The notes under the pieces were generated by a model, which had not been told where the DNA came from, ran no database searches, and saw only the letters and a program-made list of their open reading frames with translations. Shown piece after piece: positions 13,508 through 26,967 of a stretch of DNA of 64,000 nucleotides. Both the position numbers and the translations under genes were made by a program. Every line of letters begins with the position of its first letter. Position 1 is the first letter of the stretch. Source of the stretch: Octopus sinensis (Eukaryota); the NCBI RefSeq assembly GCF_006345805.1, contig NC_042997.1, positions 148,800,001 to 148,864,000 on the forward strand. Direction: 5' to 3'.

Positions 13508-13877
13508 ATTCATCTCATTTCATCTAGTTTCAACTCACAAGATGTGGCCATGCTGGGGCACCGCCATTCGGTGTTGCTACATGAATTTACTTCACGAATG
13601 CTTTTTAGCAATTGACATTTGGGGCATGAGAGAGTTTGATGCAGCTGCCTTCATCTGCACCTCCTACCGTGAAGTTGGTTCATCTGGGACACCTGACAGG
13701 AAGAGGTCCAGCTTTATTTTGAAGACATCTGCATCCATCCCATGCAGGTCTCTCAGGTCCTTCGGGAGGTTATTGAAGAGCTGTGAACCTCTGAAGCCCA
13801 GGCTATCGCAGTATCTTGTCCTACATCTTGATGGCAAATTTGGAGTCCTTGGCACTATGCAGTGGTGCCCAGTTCTA

Positions 13878-13878
<1 letters not shown>
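13508..13878 (-). mobile_element. 3' end of a CR1/L2-group LINE
   Basis: ORF2 C-terminus DSLGFRGSQLFNNLPKDLRDL..FKIKLDLFLSGVPDEP; 3'UTR GGCGGTGCCCCAGCATGGCCACA..TGAAACTAG with a short (GATGA)-type tail. Confidence 0.85.
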
Positions 13879-13937
<59 letters not shown>

Positions 13938-14792
13938 TACAAAATAACTAGTCATAAATACGTATGGATGTATATCGGTTGATTTCGACGATTAATTTAA
14001 AATTCTTTAGCTAACTGAAGTTTTTTTTTCATTAAATTAACATGTAACTAACTGAGACTTCTCGAAAAACTTTCTCATTTCACTCGTTATTTTACACAAG
14101 CTCGTTACTCAACAAGTTCTCTGACGTAATATTCTAGTGTAAAATTAGTTTTATTCGACATGTACTCATTATGTAAACTCTGTATAATTTTTCCTAATTG
14201 TGGGTTAAACACTTATTTAAGTATTTAAGCACCATTTTACTTTCTCCTTCAACTATGTTCTCTTTCTTTTATAATAAATTTCTTCTCTGCTATCCTTCTC
14301 CGCTCCTTCAGTGATAATGTATTCTTCCTTTTTGTCTGGCCATCTGATATTACTCACTGCTATATTGTGGGCTTGATCACAAGGTTGACAACAAGTAAGC
14401 TTTCGCAACGTTGATTTTAAACTTCCATTCGCTCACTGTTCGTTTTGTTTTATCCTTGTTCCTTTCTTGTTGTATTTCAAAAGTCCTTACACTTTCTAGA
14501 TCTGATTCATCTCTCTGTCAATTGTTTATATATTCGAGCACAACTACAAAAATCGCATATATCAGTCTGCTCTTCATGCGGATAACCAAACTTATTGTAA
14601 TACCTTCACGTGCCTGGTTACCTGTCAGTTATACATGCCTGGCGTTTATCATATTTCCTAAGCAAATTAAGCTTATCATGGTTATTATGATTATTGCGTT
14701 CTTCTGGGCTTATCGAAGCAGCTGTCAAGGTCAGAAATAATGCTTTATGTACATTTTACAATACATACATGCCTGAAAGCATATATATATAT

Positions 14793-14824
<32 letters not shown>

Positions 14825-14825
14825 G

Positions 14826-14912
<87 letters not shown>

Positions 14913-15210
14913 ATCCATCCATCCATCGGTACATACACACATATACATACACTCACACACACGCACATGGACATATATGTCTGCGCTTTTGATTGTATGT
15001 GCGCATGTTTATAGATGATTGTATACTAAATTCGACAGCTAGATAGAGTACTGCGATAATATTTTGATAGTAAAACCACATGGTTGAGGTGAAAAAACAA
15101 AGATCTAACTAGCGTATACATGTAAATGCATGTATATGATCTTACAGATATATGTCGTTAGTGAAAGTATTTATAAATATTTGCATTCATTTACTCTTGG
15201 CATATTGTAC

Positions 15211-15307
15211 TGAATTGGTTAATTGTAGATTGATTTCTGGTTTAGGGTTGTAAGGTAAGGAGTTTTACAGCCCTAAACCAGAAATCAATCTACAATTAAC
15301 CAATTTA
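15211..15307. other. Near-perfect 43-bp inverted repeat (hairpin)
   Basis: 15211-15253 pairs with 15265-15307 with only two G:U positions and an 11-nt loop. Confidence 0.95.
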
Positions 15308-15454
15308 AAAAAAAAACTTATTCATTTTTCATCTATCCGCTTATATCCTGCGCTAACGGAATGTAAATGTAGATCTTAAAGTCATTTGGTGTGTGCTTCT
15401 AGTGTCTTAGTGGAGTTTATCCGCGCCCTTCAATAAAATGATGTTATGTTATTT

Positions 15455-15893
15455 ATTTGTTTCAGTGAGTTGACTGTCGTCTTGCTGGAACACTTCCTTT
15501 AGTCGAACAGATAGATCCAATGTCAAATCATTTGTAAACTCAGTACTTATTCTATCGTCTCTTTTGCCAAAACCGCTAAGTTACGGTGACCTAAACACAC
15601 CGACATCGATTGGGTTACAGCAGAGACATACAAACACATAGACCCAAACACACACAAGCACAGACACGCTCACACACAGAAGCACAGACACGCTCACACA
15701 CACAAACACACACACACGCACTCACATATATATATACGACAGGCTTCTTTCAGTTTCCGTCTACTAAATCCACTCAGAAGGTCTTTGTCGGACCGAGGCT
15801 CTAGTAGAAGACACTTGCTGGAGGTGCCACGCGGAGGGATTGAAATCAGAACCATTTGGATGGGAATCTAGCTTCTTGCTGCACACCCACGCC
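15455..15893 (-). mobile_element. SINE family C, diverged copy
   Basis: Reverse-complement homolog of 18389-18800, including the internal CA/TA tract. Confidence 0.8.
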
Positions 15894-15939
<46 letters not shown>

Positions 15940-16376
15940 ATATATATATTGTGTCACTGACATACCAGCATCACACTGCAATACCGCATGACCATTCTCA
16001 AACAGTCGTATCCCACCTTCCAGTAATAACAATCAACTTCTCTCACTAAAATTCAAAATGGCTGAAAATTTGCATATTATATATGCACGTCTGTTTGTTA
16101 TTCCATGCATATTTGTGTGTGTGTTTATATTGACACAGGCACATATGTGTGTGTATCTCTTTGTATGAATGCATGAATATTTTAATTATAAACATTGTGA
16201 AATAGATAATAGCAGTCATAACTATATTTCGGTGGATGTCTGTGTCAATCGTTATAATTTAAGATGAAGCCGAATGCACTAACGAATAAAGTATACTTCT
16301 TGTAATTGTAGCAGACACAGCGCTGAACATAAATTTGGACAGCTGTGAAATAATTACTCGTCACTGTCATTGCCAA

Positions 16377-16590
<214 letters not shown>

Positions 16591-16604
16591 TAATAATGGG
16601 GGAT

Positions 16605-16771
16605 GGATTAATTTGATTACGTCAACGCCAGCACTGGCCTAGTATTTCATTTATCAACCCCATTGAAATGCACGGTCGACCTCGGCGGAATTTTGATCCC
16701 AGAACGAAATGACGGACGAAATGCCGCTAAGCATTTCGTCCAGTGTGTTAACAATTTTGCCATTTCACCTT
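16605..16771 (-). mobile_element. SINE family B, diverged
   Basis: gtcgacctcggcggaattt..ccgctaagcatttcg matches family B. Confidence 0.75.
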
Positions 16772-16829
16772 CTTAATAATAATAATGATATTAATAATAA
16801 TAACAATAATAATGATAGGAGATTATTGT

Positions 16830-17656
16830 AGTTCTCTTGAAGCATAGTGTATTGTTTGTAAAGAATAAAAAGTTTTGAATGGTACAACAATGCACTATAA
16901 TACAAACAATGGGATATATACCCGTTGTAATTTAGTCCTCCATAGTCTGACGATATTTCGGAATCTAATTCCTTCTTCAGATATTCTTAGATGTAGTCGC
17001 TGCTATAATCGGTTTTCCAACGGATTTTCTTTTTATTTATTTATTTTTTGATTCGTCTCTTCTTCCTGAATTCCTCATGAGAAGTGCGTGAAGTCGGCCA
17101 TATCTCAATCTCGTGCGTGCTGGTACATCCGTAACGCTGCTTCTAAGTTACGTATTATACGTGCATCTTCCTTTTTTTCCCTTCATTTTTTTTCTCTTCT
17201 AAATGAACCTACACGCATACAGATGTAGCTAAATAATATATTGATTACCAACCTCCAGCCTGTTGTTAATTTGTGGTCCTAGTCTGTGTATGAGTATAGT
17301 TTCCTTAATTCCTAAATTACGGAAATTCTTTTCATTGGATTCAATTGTGACAGTTATGCTTTTTGTCGGTGTTCCGGCATCAGTCTAGATGCTTTCTGAA
17401 AGAGGAGGCTCTCGTGTTCAGATATACCTTGATGCAGACGTGTAACGACCTTGTTGTGCTACCCACATAGAATTTGTTGCATTTTTTACATTATATTCAA
17501 TATACAATATTTACCCCTTGGCATACATCTGTGTCACGGAATGGACAGATACTTAGTATGCATTGATTGTTGTGCCTTGTCCGTTTCTTTCCGAGGTGTC
17601 CGCTGAAATAGGAGCCGGAGTGGGCTAGTTGTATGTCTGGTCCTTCTCTTCTATGG
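16830..17656 (-). mobile_element. Penelope-like element 3' part: GIY-YIG endonuclease relic plus terminal region
   Basis: Minus translation C..CP..C..VNIVY*I*CKKCNKFYVGSTTRSLH..I..(H)..SSFRKHL..LGIKETILIHRLGPQINNRLE; hammerhead-like motif downstream at ~16945-16985. Confidence 0.82.
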
Positions 17657-17659
17657 TTA

Positions 17660-17729
<70 letters not shown>

Positions 17730-17975
17730 CGAGTGAGAGGGCAACACATGCCATCAAAGTGACACTGAAGTAAAATGTACAAAGCCAAGTATACTGGGCC
17801 CAACCTGCAAGGTCATGCGCTGTTTATCTTGGTATGAGATCACCATGTCGCGCACATATGATTATGATGCATGTGCCTGATGTACTCTTATCAGACGAGT
17901 AGTCATGATGGGTATACTGGGCTTCGTATATTTTACACCAGTGTCACTTTGATGGCATGCACTGTTCTCTCACTC

Positions 17976-18030
<55 letters not shown>
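17657..18030. mobile_element. Inverted pair of retroelement 3' ends, each with an outward-pointing (AAT)n tail
   Basis: 17731-17794 is the reverse complement of 17912-17975 (54/64 by hand count); (TTA)n on the left, (AAT)n on the right; family match to 250-434. Confidence 0.8.
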
Positions 18031-18388
18031 GGGGGAAACGGCAAGCAGCATAGGAGAGCGTGTTCAGACATTCTTTGATGCAGACGTGAAAATGAACATT
18101 GGAGAGAACTTAAGGAAGACAAAAGCTCATCAATTCTGTACCAACACGCCTAACAGGAACACGGGGAATCAATCTATGACATAAGAATTAAAATATTGTC
18201 CACACATAGATCAGATGCAACAATCAGACAAATTACAGAAGCTACACACATAATAGATGATAAAACTAGCCTGAATAGGAAACTGGAATGGAACACTAGC
18301 ACACACCACAGCATATGACGGTAGAGGATCCCCATAAACTGTTTGCAATATGAACAAAACCGAAAACAATAAATAAAATACACAGATA

Positions 18389-18800
18389 GGCGCAGGAGTG
18401 GCTGTGTGGTAAGTAGCTTGCTAACCAACCGCATGGTTCCGGGTTCAGTCCCACTTCGTGGCATCTTGGGCAATTGTCTTCTGCTATAGCCCCGGGCCGA
18501 CCAATGCCTTGTGAGTGGATTTGGTAGACGGAAACTGAAAGAAGCCTGTCGTAAATATGTATATATATATATGCGTGTGTGTGTTTATGTTAGTGTGTCT
18601 GTGTTTGTCCCCCTAGCATTGCTTGGCGATCGATGCTGGTGTGTTTACGTCCCCGTCACTTAGCGGTTCGGCAAAAGAGACCGATAGAATAAGTACTGGG
18701 CATACAAAGAATAAGTCCCGGGGTCGATTTGCTCGACTAAAGGCGGTGCTCCAGCATGGCCGCAGTCAAATGACTGAAACAAGTAAAAGAGTAAAGAGAT
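18389..18800 (+). mobile_element. tRNA-derived SINE family C, near full length
   Basis: A box TGGCTGTGTGG; B-box-like GGGTTCAGTCCC; core GGCATCTTGGGCAA; internal TA/TG tract; LINE-like tail GGCGGTGCTCCAGCATGGCCGCAG..TGAAACAAG(TAAAAGAG)n. Confidence 0.88.
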
Positions 18801-19342
18801 AAAAAAACAAATAGAAATAAATAACTATATAAGTTTTTTTTGTTTAATTTAAAAGAATTTTTTTTGATTTATTATTATTATTGTTATTATTATTATTACT
18901 AGTATTGTTGTTATACATACATACATACAAGCATACGTAATGATAATAATAATAAGTGGATGTAAACACCTGAACAAAATAAGAATAAACAAAAACAACA
19001 ACAAAAGCAAATTACATGAAAGTATATAAACAGAAGATACAGATATTACAGGCACCCCCCACACACACACACTAAATGAACATAGACGCACATAGAGATA
19101 TAAGCATGCGCAAATGAAGACATACAATAGAAATACAAAATGGCTGACGGTTAGTAAAGAGAGGCACAAATAAGAAAGAAGAAAACAAAGGACCACTGAT
19201 GCGGTCACAGGAGTGTGAGGAAAGGACTCTGGCCGAAATAAGATTAAGATTAACGTAAAAAATAAATAACACTGAAGCAAAATAACACGAAATATATAGT
19301 GTGTGTTTTTATTGGGTAAACTGGCAAAATGACCATTCCGAA

Positions 19343-19395
19343 ATATTATTATTATTATTATTTTTTAATTTTTATTGTTGTTGTTGTTGTTATTC

Positions 19396-19427
<32 letters not shown>

Positions 19428-19449
19428 ATTCTTGTTGTTGTTGTTGTTG

Positions 19450-19524
<75 letters not shown>
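19343..19524. repeat. Compound (TTA)/(TTG)n/(TTA)n microsatellite
   Basis: Directly visible. Confidence 0.95.
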
Positions 19525-19528
<4 letters not shown>

Positions 19529-20005
19529 CACATTCAAAAGGACGAGCAGTGCAACAACCAAATCTTAAAAACACACAAGCTGTATCCATAGTGATCACAG
19601 GGGTCCAAAGTTGATTATCAAACTAAAGAAATAAAGTAATCTCGTCTTCATTTGTGAATTTTTGCATGTTCTTTCCAAATATTACAAAGAATGCTAATTC
19701 CAAATGTCTTAAGACAAAAGAATATACTATCGCAGTAAAGCGGTAGATAAAACCAACTCTGATGAATTGCGAACAAATGAAATTTCAGCATTGGTATATG
19801 ATAGGTTTTTCACATGCGATAAGGAGTTGCGGTTCTCTTGCAGAAGAAAAAAGACACAAGAAAAAAAATACAGAACATAACTTTACAGAATATCAGCAAA
19901 AAAGGAATTTCCTTAAGCTTAAGGAAGAAGGAAGCGAAGTCTAATTATGTGGCCGATTGTTTTGCTTATGTGTAATAAAAAGGGATATTTGTTTTTTGAA
20001 ATATT

Positions 20006-20039
<34 letters not shown>

Positions 20040-20041
<2 letters not shown>

Positions 20042-22135
20042 TTTGATTTTTCCAGCTTCAGCTAATGAGCTGTGGCCATGCTGGGGCACCGCCATTTGGT
20101 TTGCTACACGATTTTACCTCACGGATGCTTTTTATCAAACGCCATCTGATGCATGAGAGAATTCGATACAGCTGCCCTCATCTGCACCAGGCCTTTTTGT
20201 CAGTTGTCTCAATCTCCAGCAGTGCTCTCTCCAGTCTGAGTTTCTCAAAGAGGTTGAGGTGGTTTGCAATCTTTTAACTCAATATATATATAGAGTCCAC
20301 CAGGGTGATAAAAAGGTAGGGCATCAGCATATGTAATCCACGGTCGCTCTTCTAGAGTGTCCACGTAGGGGCTCCCACAGGTGCATTGAATGCAGTATCA
20401 ACTCTGAATGAATGACGGCGAGCATGTCCAGCTAACCTCAGTCTACTCTGTATTATTTTTCTGTTAATTATTGGTAGGCTCACGTACAGCTCTGAGTTTT
20501 TCATCTACAGTGTATATTCACTAATGTTCAGAGCCATTATCAGCATTCTCGTGTTGGACCTATCCACCACCTGAGTGAGGTTTTTGGTCAATGTCCAAGT
20601 CTCAGCACAGATACCACTGTACATGTTCTACTGCAGCAACGAATTGAGAATGAATACTCGGATACCGTTGGGCCAACAGCTGAGTTTGCATCTACATCAT
20701 CCATTGCCAGAATTTGACCCCCTTCTTCGACGATGCAATCAATTGTGACTGTCTCCTATTTAGCTTCTGTAGCGGTAAATAATTCTACAGATTTGGTAAC
20801 TTGCATGCACTGTAAGTGTATGGTGAAAACACTTTTGAACTGTTCATTCTGCGTTTCACTTATCCTCATTAGGTTTCCAGTTAGGGAACCATATTTATGG
20901 AGGAGTGGATATACCCTGCAATGCTCAGAGGCAGCCTTCTTGGCGTACCTAAAGAAAGGTTTAGGGTCTGATTCTATATTTCTTAAGACAGGCTTCTTTG
21001 TCAGTTGCCTCAATCTCCAGCAGTGCTCTCTCCCGTCTGAGTTTCTCAATGAGGTTGAGGCGGTTTGCAACCTTTTAACTCAATCTCATTACAACTTTCC
21101 TCTGGATTGCATTACAGACGTGAATGTTTTCAATTTCATTTCTATGTCAGGCGTAAAAAGACATTGGAACCAGTCCCGTTTGGTGTCCTGTTTGTCAAGA
21201 GATTTCCAGTCTGCTTTGAGGTCGTGCAGACTGGATAGGTTTTGGGTGTTTCTCATAGGCTCCATGTTTGTGGGTTCCTTTGGTCCATTCATGGTCAGCT
21301 CTGTTATTCTGTAATCGGAGTCAGGTGTCGGTGTGACTTCACATTATGGATGAGAACTACATTGTTTGTGAAGCAGAGAAGTATATTGTTTATCCTGGAA
21401 GGTTGGAGTATTATTTGTTCCACGTATAACTTGGTTAGTTTGATCAGGGGTTCCACCTGACTTTGTTCACATTGCGTCATTCCTGAGATGGAAAGGCTTC
21501 CAAGCAAGCTGAGGTCTCCCATGAGAAATACATTGATGTTCTCTTTTATTTTAGTTAAGCCCTCTCCTATTCTTTCAAGAAACGTATGATTTTGGGCATT
21601 TAGTAGGCGATATGTAGTACATACAAGTATGTCGGGTTGTACAATAAGTGTGTCGCACACTGAGTTTGAGTGTGAAGGAGGATCTGGGGCGTGAGATCAT
21701 CGCAGATGTATATTGCAAATCCACCATGGCTCCCGTTTTTTCTATCGCTTCCAAAACCACATACGTTATTATGTGTAATCTTACATCTGCGACGTCGGAT
21801 TTTAGGTGCATTTCTCTAAGTGCTATACATAAGGCCTGATTGAATGTCACCAGGCTTCTCAAGAAGGTGATTTTATTTATGTTACTGAGTTAGAACAGTC
21901 CTCTACATTTACGAAGTATATTGGTGTGAGCACTTAGGCTGATGCCAGCGGTGGGCATCCTGGATCCATTGGTTGTGTCGGTCTTGTGTCGTGGTGAGGA
22001 AGGCCCAAATTTTGAATTGATGAATCAAGGTTAGTTGTTGCACAAACTTTTCGGCCATGCATAGAAAAGGTTGATACTCAGCTTCAGCCCTTAAGGCGGC
22101 TTCTGTGTACGGTTGATTTTCAGAAGTAGTGCGCA
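20040..22135 (-). mobile_element. Heavily deleted and rearranged CR1/L2-group LINE (APE endonuclease, linker, 3' end)
   Basis: APE-like VFLMGDLS..EQIILQPSRINNILLCFTNN; NIESDPKPFFRYAKK..NEQFKSVFT; 3' end 20045-20190 homologous to 13520-13660. Confidence 0.8.
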
Positions 22136-22280
22136 CTACATCGGTACACACTCCATACATATACACATATGTATGCACATATACACATATGTATGCATAT
22201 ATACACATATGTATGCACATATGAATACAATTATACATACGTACATATACACACACATATGAATATATGCATGTATAAAC

Positions 22281-22319
<39 letters not shown>

Positions 22320-23181
22320 GCATTTATGTAGATTTGCATCAAGTAATGTGCATGCGTTTCTATGCCTGTGTGTACGTATACAGAAAAGAGTATCTGGAAC
22401 AGCCACAGAGGAGCACTACTAATATGTTTAGAGATATACCTTTCCTTCAGCAGTGCTAAGTGAGCTAGTTAATTTTGAATTTAAGTTATTTGTCATATTC
22501 ATTTGTATAGACCATTGTAGCCATTCAACTGAATTGTTGATATTATATATGAGGGCGAAAGGTGAAACGGATTTATCACATATAATTTCCTGACCACTAT
22601 ATGAAATGAACATCAATCAGTTTCAGAAAATAGCAATATATAAAATAAATTATGAGGTCAATATAAATGCCTTCTTTCGGTGCGTTCAAGAAATTGCATT
22701 TATGTGCAAATTTCTGGCACTTTAAAGAATTTCTACGGAGGCAATCGAAATGTAATCAGTTTATGGGCAGGTATTTTCTATCATTTGGCACTCTTCTCTG
22801 TAAATTACATCAATCACCAGCAAGTTAGCTATGTACTTGAAAAATAATCTAATAATATATATATTGACTGTTTCAAATATGTTCATAATTTTCGAAGTGA
22901 ATTGTCAGAAACGGTTTTACGCCTGACTTAATAAAACAGAGACATAGTAAATCACATCTTCGTACATCCAACATTAAAATATTCCTGGGGTATATTTGAA
23001 CTCCTTCAGGATTCTACGTCTCCCACATCTTTGGTTTTATAAATGAGGCTGAAAGATATCGATAATGTATATAATCCTAAGGCCAAATGGATAATAACTA
23101 GAAGTTATTCAACCCAACAAAACTCATTAAAGAATTAAACATCTCAGAATTCCTGTGCAAAGTGGAATCCAGGGAAGTCAA

Positions 23182-23230
<49 letters not shown>

Positions 23231-23699
23231 ATACCAATTGCACTTAATAGTATTTTACTTTTATAGAGCAATGGCATTTCCATTTGTTACCATAAATACT
23301 TTCTTAAACTGGGGTGACGCACATGAAATAATGGGTCTGATTTTATATTTCATATGACGGGCTTAAACTAGTTCTAATAATAGCACTAGATAAATATAAA
23401 AATTATGGAATATTGGATCTTGTTTCATGGATAACACTATGCTTGTTATATTGAAGCACGTCTTCTGCCTCAATAACAACTGAGGCAAAAAAGCCTCAAA
23501 AGCATTCTTCAATATTTTATACAATGCATTGTTGCACTTATAAGGTATAATAGTATACTGTATATATAATCAGTAAAAAAACAAAATAAAATAAAACTAA
23601 ACAACAATAACACTGGGAAATCAGATAATCCAAACACCTTTGCGTTTATGCAAAATATACAGGATTCTTATTCGGATTATGAGTGAGACAACCCGAATA

Positions 23700-23847
23700 T
23701 TCTTTTCCACTGGTACTTAATTTCTCGACCTTGAAGAAATGAAAGGCAAATCGACCTCGCCGGAATTTGGACTCAGAACCTAAGTCAGACGAAATACTGC
23801 TAAACATTTCGCCAGGCGTGCTAGCGTTTCTGCCAGCTCGCCGCCTT
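23700..23847 (-). mobile_element. SINE family B, 3'-truncated
   Basis: Head ctgccagctcgccgcc and body match family B. Confidence 0.85.
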
Positions 23848-24465
23848 AGATACATCAAATATTAGTTGCCGAGTAAGTACGGAATACACAAGATGAATTT
23901 AGATATAGCAACGCACTTGAATAAAAATCAACGAAACATTAAGGCGTATTTCAAACATTTGATTTGAAAATGATTCTACATAGTATTTTAAATCGTATTT
24001 ATACATTTACTTCTTTCACTCATTAGACTGAAAAAAAATTCTTCAATGCATTGTGGTTACCACAAAAAAACTAAGCCCAAGTAATTGTTATTAATCGAGA
24101 CTTATCGTGATGGTGATTTTGCAGCACTGTTTAATTACGGAAATGTAAACAAAGGCATTACACATTCTTTCAAACCTTGGGAAGTGAAAACACAAGGATA
24201 TACAAATATGACATACGCAAATGTACGCGCGCGCAGACACTCGAACACACGGACATTCATTTTTCTCATCTTATGTTAAATTGTATTAAAAAGACAATTA
24301 CTTTTTCCATTAAGTCGAAGGATTACTCAATTCTTTCTTGTAGAGTAAATAGCTATTGCTTCTGCACAAAATTAGTAATGGTTGTGACTTAAAACTTTCC
24401 ACTTCTTAAACGATCATCGGAGCGTCCGACGAGGAGTTAGGAGGCCGAAGTTTCGACATCATTAT

Positions 24466-24518
<53 letters not shown>

Positions 24519-24651
24519 CACACACACATGTATATGTATGTATATATATAGATATATACTGATATGTATGTACGTATATATATATATATATACGTACATA
24601 CATATGTGTATATATCTATATCTATACACACACACACACATATATATATAT

Positions 24652-25850
24652 AGTAGCTGAAGGTGACCCGCTCTACGCGCGGGTAAGAGTGTGAGTGTTA
24701 CTTTCTGTTGCTTCCTTTCAGCACGTAAAAAGCACCATCCGAACGTGGCCGATTGCAGCACCGCCTTGACTTGCTTCTGTGCTGGTGGCACACGTAAAAG
24801 GCACCAACCGATCGTTGCCACTGCGAGCCCCCCTGGCACCAGTACCGGCGGCACGAAAAAAGCACTCACTACGCTCACAGTGTGGTTGGCGTTAGGAAGG
24901 TCATCCGCCTGTAGAAACACTGCCAGATCAGACTGGAGCCTGGTGCAGCCTCCTGGCTTCCGAGACCCCGGTCACACTGCCCAACCCGTGCTAGCACGGA
25001 AAACGGACGTTAAACGATGATGATGATGATGATGATTCTCCGTATTTGTTTCTCTCTCCTTTCTCTCTCACTTTCCCACTCTCTTACTTTTATTTTCTCT
25101 CTGACTCTCCATCGCTTTCTCTTACTCTCTATCTTTATCTATCTCTCTCCCATTTATAAACAACAGAAGATCTTGAGTAAGTTGAGAAATAAAATATTTA
25201 GAAAGATCAATCAGAAATATTAGGCAGTGGCAATGGAAAGGTCTGCTTCAAGGCAGACAGCAAAACGCTAACATTCAAAAGGGACAGACGAACTTGCGAG
25301 CTGAATAAAAATAATAAAATATTGGAAACCAAAGTTTGAAGGGATAGAATCTGAGGATAGTAGAGTCACCATGGCTGGCATTTGTTAACGGCGGACAGCA
25401 ACGTAGTGACAGTTTAACGGCTGGCGTAAAATTTTGAACTTGATGAAAAAGAAAATTCGTAAACACCAAGTTTTGAAGTGATTCTTTCTCACGACAGTAG
25501 ACTCACCATGGCAAGTATTCAAAACTTCTTTATCATGGACGGCAACACATTGACGATTAAAAGGCTGGCGCAAATTTTTTAGCTTGATGCAACAGAGAAT
25601 TCCTAAACACCCGCTCTTTGAAATTTTAATCCCCTTCCAGCCCCATTTAGACCCCTTTTCACATTTTGGTTAATATAACCCGATTTCATTCGGGTGTACT
25701 AGGGCCACATTTTATAAGATGAGGAATTTTGTCCTAGAGGTGACGCCTTTCATTTGAGGAACAAAATAGTTGTGATGCAAACTTGTCAGCACCTTTAACA
25801 TAGGTGTGCATATTTTCAGGTGAATCGACCGACTACGTAATGCACACATA
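24652..25850 (-). mobile_element. Non-autonomous Helitron-like element, interrupted by a SINE
   Basis: Subterminal hairpin ACCCGC..GCGGGT (24666-24684) next to a decayed CTAG-like end; internal diverged ~135-bp tandem units at 25230-25612; right boundary approximate. Confidence 0.55.
24720..25036 (+). mobile_element. 5'-truncated SINE or retroposon 3' part (family D) with (GAT)n tail
   Basis: Three internal GCACGTAAAAAGCAC-type repeats; ends AAAACGGACGTTAAAC(GAT)7. Confidence 0.75.
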
Positions 25851-25860
25851 TATATATGTG

Positions 25861-25900
<40 letters not shown>

Positions 25901-26043
25901 CACGCATTATATATACAAATGTATACAAATGAGATATATATCTGTATAAATTAAATTAGAGATAAAACCACTAATAGGTAAATCAAACAGTGAAAAACCA
26001 AAAACAAAAACATAAAAAAAGAAAATATAACATAGAAAATATA

Positions 26044-26967
26044 TCTATATATATAAAACTGTAGTTGTGTGAATGTCTGTCCCCTTCGATTTAGATTCCT
26101 AACTACTCCCAAATTTTGCGGTGCAGTTTAACCAAATTCGGGTATCTTATAGTCGTGATTCATATCGAGCCCGTCTGGGTATTAGCGCGCGTCTACGATG
26201 AGTCTACGATTTTAAAAATAATTTAACATCATTTTTTATTCCATTTTAATGTATATTTTTTCGTGTGTCGATGGCGGCGGAGTTGGCGTCCACGCTCACG
26301 CCTGCACCTGTGTTGCTTCTCCCCCTTCTTCCCTCCCTCGTGAAGCTGTGGGGAAGGGAGTGTAAGGAAATCAACGTCGTAATGCGTTGTGAAGGAGACC
26401 AGCGTTCTTTTAGAACAACGACTTCATGGCTTGAAGTCGCCAAAACAGAGATCGCTAAAAAAGCTGAAACATCCACAAAAACGGCAAAAACCGCCACACA
26501 GGGCAGGCTTCCTGTGCAAACAATTTGCACAACCGAATGTTTTAGTTGTTGCACAAATCTTTATATATAAAAGTAAGGTTGTGTGTCTGTCTCCTACGAT
26601 TTAGATTCCTAACTACTCCCACATTTTGCGGTGCAGTGTAACCAAAACCGGGTATCTTATAGTCGTGATTCATATCGAGCCCTTCTGGGTATTAGCGCGC
26701 GTCTACGATGAGTCAACGATGAGTCAACGATTAAAAAAAAATTACCATCATTTTTTTATTCCATTTTAATGCATTTTTCGCTATTATATAAGGGAAGTAA
26801 CTCTCTAAAAATGTCTACGATGAGTCAACGATTTAAAAAAGAAATTACTATAATTTTTTATTCCATCTTTAATGCATTTTTTGCTATTTTTTTTGCTATA
26901 ACTCACTAAAAATGCTTATATAGTTATTTCCCTTACAAACCCGAGCAACGGCGGGCGATACTGCTAG
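26044..26967 (+). mobile_element. Non-autonomous Helitron with two 5' ends
   Basis: A|TC start; CCCG..CGGG hairpin at 26940-26955 then CTAG|T; the 5' module is repeated from 26558. Confidence 0.82.

Noticed and set aside
14230-14520. K/E-rich minus-strand reading that looks protein-like
   Set aside because: Needs a frameshift, has no clear splice sites and no recognisable motif
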